NCBI GenBank assembly: GCA_011605725.1 | Contig: JAAOZP010000011.1 | Span: 116,474-180,473 of the forward strand | DNA length: 64,000 bases | Direction: 5' to 3' | Source: Nitrososphaerota archaeon | GTDB taxonomy: Archaea > Thermoproteota > EX4484-205 > JAAOZP01 | Shown here: positions 58,643-64,000 of the stretch, in pieces | Layout: every line of letters begins with the position of its first letter | Numbering within the stretch: position 1 is the stretch's first letter | Translations under genes and position numbers: made by a program | Notes under the pieces: model-generated | What the model saw: the letters and a program-made list of their open reading frames with translations, nothing else | Told to the model about the DNA's origin: nothing | Databases searched by the model: none

Positions 58643-59360
58643 TCCGAGGATAAGCGTGATTGACGATAGGGTGAGGAAAGTAGGAAGGATAATTGCTGTT
58701 TCAAGTGGGAAAGGGGGTGTGGGTAAGAGCCTTCTGGCCTCCACGCTCGCGTTGATCCTGGCGGGAAAAGGCTATAGCACCGGGTTGTTCGACTTGGATT
58801 TTACAAGTCCTTCTACGCATGTTATTCTGGGTTTAAAAGAAACCCGGCCTTTGGAGGACAGAGGGATCATCCCACCAGTTGTCCATGGCTTAAAATACAT
58901 GACGATAATTTACTATTCGGGTGGACGGGCAACACCTCTGAGAGGTATAGATTTTTCAAACGCGTTTATCGAATTGCTTTCTGTAACTGATTGGGGTGGA
59001 TTGGATTTTCTAATACTGGATATGCCTCCAGGCATTGGCGATGCAACTCTCGACGTCATACGTTTAATGAGAAAACCTAGATTTCTAATAGTTACAACAC
59101 CATCTCCACTAGCTTTTGAAACAGTTAAGAAACTCATAGGAATGCTGAGGGAGCTTGATATTCCTATAGTGGGTGTTGTCGAAAACATGAAAACAGGGTT
59201 TAGTAATATTCAACAAGAATATCGAAAACTTAACGTCAAGTTTCTAGGAGAAATACCTTACGACCCGGCGGTTGAGGAGAATCTTGGGAACGTAGACAGA
59301 TTGTTGAAGACGGTTTTTGCAAAAGAGGCTGAGAAACTGCTCGAGCATTTAACGGGATAG
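58635..59360 (+). CDS. Mrp/MinD-family ATPase (Thermococcales-type HypB-like partner of HypA)
   Basis: SGKGGVGKS, DLD, DWGGLDFLILDMPPG, VTTP, VENM. It lacks the ApbC CxxC and overlaps hypA. Confidence 0.85.
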   Translation: MVDPRISVIDDRVRKVGRIIAVSSGKGGVGKSLLASTLALILAGKGYSTGLFDLDFTSPSTHVILGLKETRPLEDRGIIPPVVHGLKYMTIIYYSGGRATPLRGIDFSNAFIELLSVTDWGGLDFLILDMPPGIGDATLDVIRLMRKPRFLIVTTPSPLAFETVKKLIGMLRELDIPIVGVVENMKTGFSNIQQEYRKLNVKFLGEIPYDPAVEENLGNVDRLLKTVFAKEAEKLLEHLTG

Positions 59361-59404
59361 TGATGAATAACGCATCACCCTGTTTCTCCAGAACGTAGGG
59401 CACT

Positions 59405-60871
59405 CTAATCTCTGTTGCATACGCAGTGACCCTTATACCCATGGCAAATAGGACAAGTGGGCACGTTTTGCCCGCTAGGATACCATCCGGCTTCCCTAGG
59501 CCCCAAGATTACGAAACGCGCTCTTCTATTTTCAAACTCTATATTAAGCTCATTTATGTTTCCGACGTCAGATGCTTCAACGAGGAAGCGCTTCTGGCCG
59601 AACAGGCCCTCCAATTCAGTCACATTCCAGCCAGGGGGAGTTCTCAGGCTTATTTCCGGCTCCACCTGTAGATTGTCCTTAAACACCCTTACCCCCAAGG
59701 TTTTCCCAACATTCGGGTAGATGACAGGCTCTCCATTGTAGTGCAGCCACACTTCATAGTTGTCAATGCTTCTCACAGACGAGTGGACATCGTTTTTCAA
59801 AGAGCCGATTGCTAGCTCGTTTCTCATAAGGAGCGACACGTAGTTCTCAGGCAGGATCGTGTAATCTCCGAATTTTACTTCCCGGTTCATCTCAAGCACT
59901 TTTTCCGCTAAAGCACTCACCCTATCGGTTAATTCAGACACCGTCTTGGGAGCATTATCCAGCCTAGTATACTTGTGGAGAACTATCTTCTCGCCGACTC
60001 CCTTTTTCCACTCTTCTGGAACAAGTTTCGTCCCAAGAAGTATTCCCAATAGTGAGCCAAGAGTTGCTCCAGTACAATCAGTGTCGTAGCCACAGTTAAC
60101 AGCTTTACACAGCTTGTCGCCGAAATCCCTTCCGTAGAGCAGACCCAGTATGGTGAACCCGTGGTTTTGAACAGCATGACAAACACTATTATGCCCATAC
60201 CAGTGGACTATTCTCTCTCTGGCTTCAGCCCACCTCACGTTGTTCCTGTAGCACCATAAGGCTTCTCTTATAACTCTCGATACCTGAGAGTGTATTGGAA
60301 TCATGTTCAAACCTATCCTTATAAGAGTCTCAACATCCTTTATAATGAAGGCAGCGCTCTCAACAGCAGCCCAAAACATCTCGCCATACATACCCTCGCC
60401 ACCGGAGTGGTCAAGACAGGAGTCTTTCCAAGCATAGGAGGCTGCAAGCTGCGGGTTTGCTGGGGCAATGCATGCCCATATTTCGCTTCTTATAGGTGAA
60501 CCCATCTCATCAACATAATAGTTTTCGAAACAACCGGAAATCGGCGGTAGAAGGCCTCTTCTAAGGTTTCTCTGACAAAAACCGTACTCGTTCCAAGGAT
60601 ATGCTGAGAGATGCTTAAGCCAGTATTCTGCAAGCTTTTCAAGCTTAACATTAACCCCATTGTCCTCAAGCATCTTAAGCCATACTAGTTGAAAGTCAAG
60701 ATCGTCATTTGGAGCAGCCTCGCTCACAGGTGTAGCATAGAAATTCAGGTCATTCACAAACTTCTTTCCTTCGAAGGGTGCGCCCAAAGTGCCTCCAATG
60801 TTCTTTCCAAGCCAGCAAGCGTAAACCTTGTCCCAGTATTCAGACCTTGAAAGTATTATCGGCTTATCCAT
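59405..60871 (-). CDS. ADP-ribosylglycohydrolase family protein
   Basis: WLGKNIGGTLGAPFEG, NDDLD, MGSPIRSEIW, DH, AVNCGYDTDCTGATLGS. Confidence 0.88.
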   Translation of the reverse strand: MDKPIILSRSEYWDKVYACWLGKNIGGTLGAPFEGKKFVNDLNFYATPVSEAAPNDDLDFQLVWLKMLEDNGVNVKLEKLAEYWLKHLSAYPWNEYGFCQRNLRRGLLPPISGCFENYYVDEMGSPIRSEIWACIAPANPQLAASYAWKDSCLDHSGGEGMYGEMFWAAVESAAFIIKDVETLIRIGLNMIPIHSQVSRVIREALWCYRNNVRWAEARERIVHWYGHNSVCHAVQNHGFTILGLLYGRDFGDKLCKAVNCGYDTDCTGATLGSLLGILLGTKLVPEEWKKGVGEKIVLHKYTRLDNAPKTVSELTDRVSALAEKVLEMNREVKFGDYTILPENYVSLLMRNELAIGSLKNDVHSSVRSIDNYEVWLHYNGEPVIYPNVGKTLGVRVFKDNLQVEPEISLRTPPGWNVTELEGLFGQKRFLVEASDVGNINELNIEFENRRARFVILGPREAGWYPSGQNVPTCPICHGYKGHCVCNRD

Positions 60872-60933
60872 TTATTTCCAATTAAGCTCACATGTTCTGA
60901 TTTTTAAGTTTTAAAATCTTAGTGTCCAGCATA

Positions 60934-62041
60934 TCATTTTTTCGCAGCAAGTTCATCAAGCAGTTGTGAAACCATTCTCACCCTCTCAATATCTGCAGGA
61001 GGAGGAAGCTCATCTGATATGCCGAGTATGAGCCGTGGAATAGCCTTCACGATCTTTCTTACAAATCGCTCCAACGTTTCAAAAGGCACGTCCGGAAGGA
61101 AAAGCAAGAAGGGTATGCCGTCTAAAACAACGATTTCATCCTTAAACTCTCTTGCAATATCTTCGACGGCCATGTCTCCAACGGGCTCAGGGGTTAAGGC
61201 TTCAACTCCATCAACCCCCGACCTGCGGAGTAAAGGGAGGAGGGGCTTCGCATAGCCGTCAACATGTATATGCACGTACTTGCCTCTTTTATGCAAGTAT
61301 TCGCACCTCTTCTGGTAGATCGGCAGACAGAATTTCTCGAACAGCCTTGGAGAAGTTAATCTAACATCGATGTTCTCTCCCAAGTTAAATATTTCAATCG
61401 GAGAATTACCCATTAGCTCAAAGAACTTATCGTTATATCTTTCAATAGCATTCATAATATCTTCAAGCCTATCATATCCTTCAATGTATAGGAATCTCAT
61501 TGTTCGAGTGAAACCCATGTAGTCCAGTATTAGTGCTTGAAGAGGCGAGTGTGGGAAAAAGAAGGAAACTATTCCCTGGTCCTTTACGTTCTTCTCCAAC
61601 TCCCGGTAAACCGCCTGGTTAAACCTGACTTCAGCACTGTCCAGCAAGTAGGATAAAGCCTTAAAATCATCAACGGTTTTCAAAAAAATACTCTAGTTTT
61701 CTCGAAGACAGGCCCCATTCGTCAGTTTTAGCTACTTCCTGAAGCGTGCCGACGGGTGTCTTAATTCTCGTCCTAACGATGTTTCCGTTTCTCTCAACAT
61801 TAAACTGAACGTCATCCTCATATGACACTTCCACAGCAGTTTTCACGAAGTATCCCGAGTAGCACCTCCAGCTTGCTCCAAGATCCATGCAAACATCAGC
61901 AAGACTAGCCTCCTCATATTTTTTAGGAAGCTTTCCACTCTTCTTTGCCACGTAATACCAGTATTCATGCCTTATATTCCAAGAAACCTTGTCCACCTGT
62001 CTTCCCTTAAAGACCGCTAGGATTCTTTCACGAGCGTTCAA
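60934..62041 (-). pseudogene. UroD/MtaA-CmuA superfamily gene split by a +1 frameshift in a T7 run
   Basis: The upstream ORF MNARERIL...LEYF (TAT TTT TTT GAA) and the downstream ORF LKTVDDF...IHVDG...EALTPEPVGD join as LEYFLKTVDDF if the A7 run at 61682-61688 were A6. Confidence 0.8.
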
Positions 62042-62085
62042 AGCAGCATGTTTTTGCTAAAGAGCATTATAAATCTAGCGTTATC

Positions 62086-64000
62086 CTATTTCCTTAGCCT
62101 GATTGTTTTTATTTCCCACGGTGCAAGTTTGACTTTGAGCAAGCCTTCTTGAAGCGTAAGCCTTGTCAGGTTTCTTTCAAGCAAATCTGTTTCAACAGCC
62201 TCTCCAATGGGAAAACCCGGAGTGATTTCTGCTTCACCGCCTTCTCCAGTCGCATCGTAAATCCTGATTATGATGCCATCCGAATCCTCAGCCGTCTTTA
62301 GACAGGACAACACTATGTTCTCAGGATTTATTCTCATGAACGACGCTTCCTCTGGAAGATTTCCCTGAGAGGCTCCGCCACTCACAACAACTGTTTCAAG
62401 CGGATGGTTCAGCTCGTATCCTCTTCTGAAGGTAAGTGCCTTCCTCCAGTCCCCTCTGTGAGGATACAAAGAGTACCTAAGCTCGTGATGACCTTGATCC
62501 GGATTTGGGTCTGGACTATAACTTGTCCTGAGAATCGTCATCCTCATTGTATTACCCTGCACATCAAACCCGTACTTGCAGTCGTTCAGCAAGCTGACAC
62601 CATACTCGTCGTCTGAGAGGTCAACCCATCTTAAAGCAGGAAACTCTCTTCCATCAGCAGTTCTTGAAATGCTTCCGAAAGGTATTTCAAAGGTTGCGGT
62701 GGAGGTTCCTAAGATTGGTGTGAAAGAGACTTTCAACATGGGGGCGTCGGTGAACTCGTCAGAAACTTCATGCCAATCAACAGTTGTGTTAAAATCAATC
62801 CTAGGGATGCCTGCGTACAGCATTATTTCTTGAGTTATTGTTGAACCCCTATATCTCCTTATAGTTCGGATCCTCGACATCACCGGGCCCTTTTCAACAG
62901 CTTTTACCTCTGATCCAGTAAGCAGGTTCTCCACCTTAGTTATAGGACCTATTATCCAGGCTGACATTCTGTGAGGAGCTTCATGGAGTACTTGAAACAG
63001 GTTGCTAAACTCTGGCCGTGTAGCCTCGTGTCTAAAAGCCTTAGTCACAAACCTGCCTTCCTTCTTATCGTAAACCGACTCTATTGCTCCAGAATCCTGG
63101 TCTACCTCAATCTTGAAAAACTCGTTTTCAAGCACTGTCTGCTTTTGCCCAGATCGATAACACTCCTCCTCTCCTCCTTCAACAAGATAATAGGTTGAAT
63201 AGCCTAGACTCGGCACTTCAGCGATGAAAACCAACTCATCGCCATTGATTTGAGCAGGATATTGCTTTCCACGCGTATCCCTAACAACCGGGTTTCTTGG
63301 AATCATTTCTCTAGATATTTTAACTTTTGCAACATCCTTCCTATCCCAAGCAAGAGTGTTGAACACCACTATTGCTAACCCTTCCTGAGAGAATTTTATT
63401 CTTTCAGCTATCTTCTTCATGGATTTATCTAAGGTTTCCTTTGCTGCTGCAAGTACTTCCTCGGCCAGACGGTTAGAGTACAAGTAGGCTTCGTGAAATG
63501 CACTTCCATCCAGAATGTCGTGAAACTGGTTAAACAATGTTTTCTTCCATGCCTCTTCAAGTTTTTCTCCAAGATGTTCGCCAGCGATTGCTGAAAGCTT
63601 TTCAGCATCAACCAAATATCTTTCACACAGCCTGTTGTAACGCTTAATGTCAGCATGAGTCGTATAGCAACCGTCGAAAGTAAAGTTGAGCTCATCCCTA
63701 ACTACCGGTAATTCTGATTTCACTTTTGAAACCTCGTTGAAAAACTGGTGCGTCGAGCTGAAGGCTACGTCGGGGAGGACTGGCTTTTCACGTATTTTCA
63801 TCGCAGCCTTAATATCCTCGATGGTTGCACCACCACCATGGTCCCCAACACCGTAAACGAACATGCTTGTTTTCAAGCCGTATTTCTCATGTAGGAGTTT
63901 CGCGGTTTCAACTATGTTTCTAGGAGTGATCGTGTTGTTGTAAACACTGTTGAAGGCAAGCAGTCTTGAGCCGTCTGGCCCCTCCCAATAGAATATTGGA
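62086..64000 (-). CDS. GH38 alpha-mannosidase, 5'-truncated by the window edge
   Basis: The frame is open to the edge (PIFYWEGPDGSRL...). Motifs YGVGDHGGG, GCYTTH, FNQFHDIL.G, FNTLAW.R, VPSLGY, LLNDCKYG. Confidence 0.93.
   Translation of the reverse strand, partial: PIFYWEGPDGSRLLAFNSVYNNTITPRNIVETAKLLHEKYGLKTSMFVYGVGDHGGGATIEDIKAAMKIREKPVLPDVAFSSTHQFFNEVSKVKSELPVVRDELNFTFDGCYTTHADIKRYNRLCERYLVDAEKLSAIAGEHLGEKLEEAWKKTLFNQFHDILDGSAFHEAYLYSNRLAEEVLAAAKETLDKSMKKIAERIKFSQEGLAIVVFNTLAWDRKDVAKVKISREMIPRNPVVRDTRGKQYPAQINGDELVFIAEVPSLGYSTYYLVEGGEEECYRSGQKQTVLENEFFKIEVDQDSGAIESVYDKKEGRFVTKAFRHEATRPEFSNLFQVLHEAPHRMSAWIIGPITKVENLLTGSEVKAVEKGPVMSRIRTIRRYRGSTITQEIMLYAGIPRIDFNTTVDWHEVSDEFTDAPMLKVSFTPILGTSTATFEIPFGSISRTADGREFPALRWVDLSDDEYGVSLLNDCKYGFDVQGNTMRMTILRTSYSPDPNPDQGHHELRYSLYPHRGDWRKALTFRRGYELNHPLETVVVSGGASQGNLPEEASFMRINPENIVLSCLKTAEDSDGIIIRIYDATGEGGEAEITPGFPIGEAVETDLLERNLTRLTLQEGLLKVKLAPWEIKTIRLRK

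Overview
This is a gene-dense archaeal chromosomal segment. The gene content (Lhr helicase, TrmB and Lrp regulators, HEPN-MNT pair, Thermococcales-type HypA-Mrp, many UroD-like paralogs) fits a heterotrophic TACK archaeon such as Brockarchaeota or Bathyarchaeia; the taxonomy is inferred. From left to right it holds: (1) a 5'-truncated giant repetitive surface protein, then an Lrp-type regulator, a gingipain-like C25 peptidase, a transglutaminase-like protein and a membrane-anchored protein; (2) a UroD-like gene, HEPN-MNT, two stand-alone Lrp ligand-binding (RAM) domains and a PIN remnant; (3) a nitrogen hub with gdh divergent from a split glutamate-synthase-like operon that continues into etfB, etfA and guaA; (4) bacterial-type gap, a TtuA-like gene, GT4, TrmB, an NDP-sugar nucleotidyltransferase and a DHH protein; (5) an envelope locus with uppP and a 1791-aa fusion, divergent from a GT-C-like membrane protein and a DPPR-synthase-like UbiA; (6) Lhr and a flavin reductase pseudogene; (7) a sugar-catabolism island with four more UroD-like genes, GH36, GH38, an epimerase, an ADP-ribosylglycohydrolase-family gene, a PfkB pseudogene and hypA-mrp. 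The best candidate for an undescribed system is the 1791-aa fusion, which joins an apparently catalytically dead GH2 domain, an FtsX/MacB permease and a C-terminal CARF-like domain, inside a putative lipid-linked pentose glycosylation locus. I found no rRNA, tRNA, CRISPR array or transposase. All family assignments come from motif recognition by eye, without database searches.
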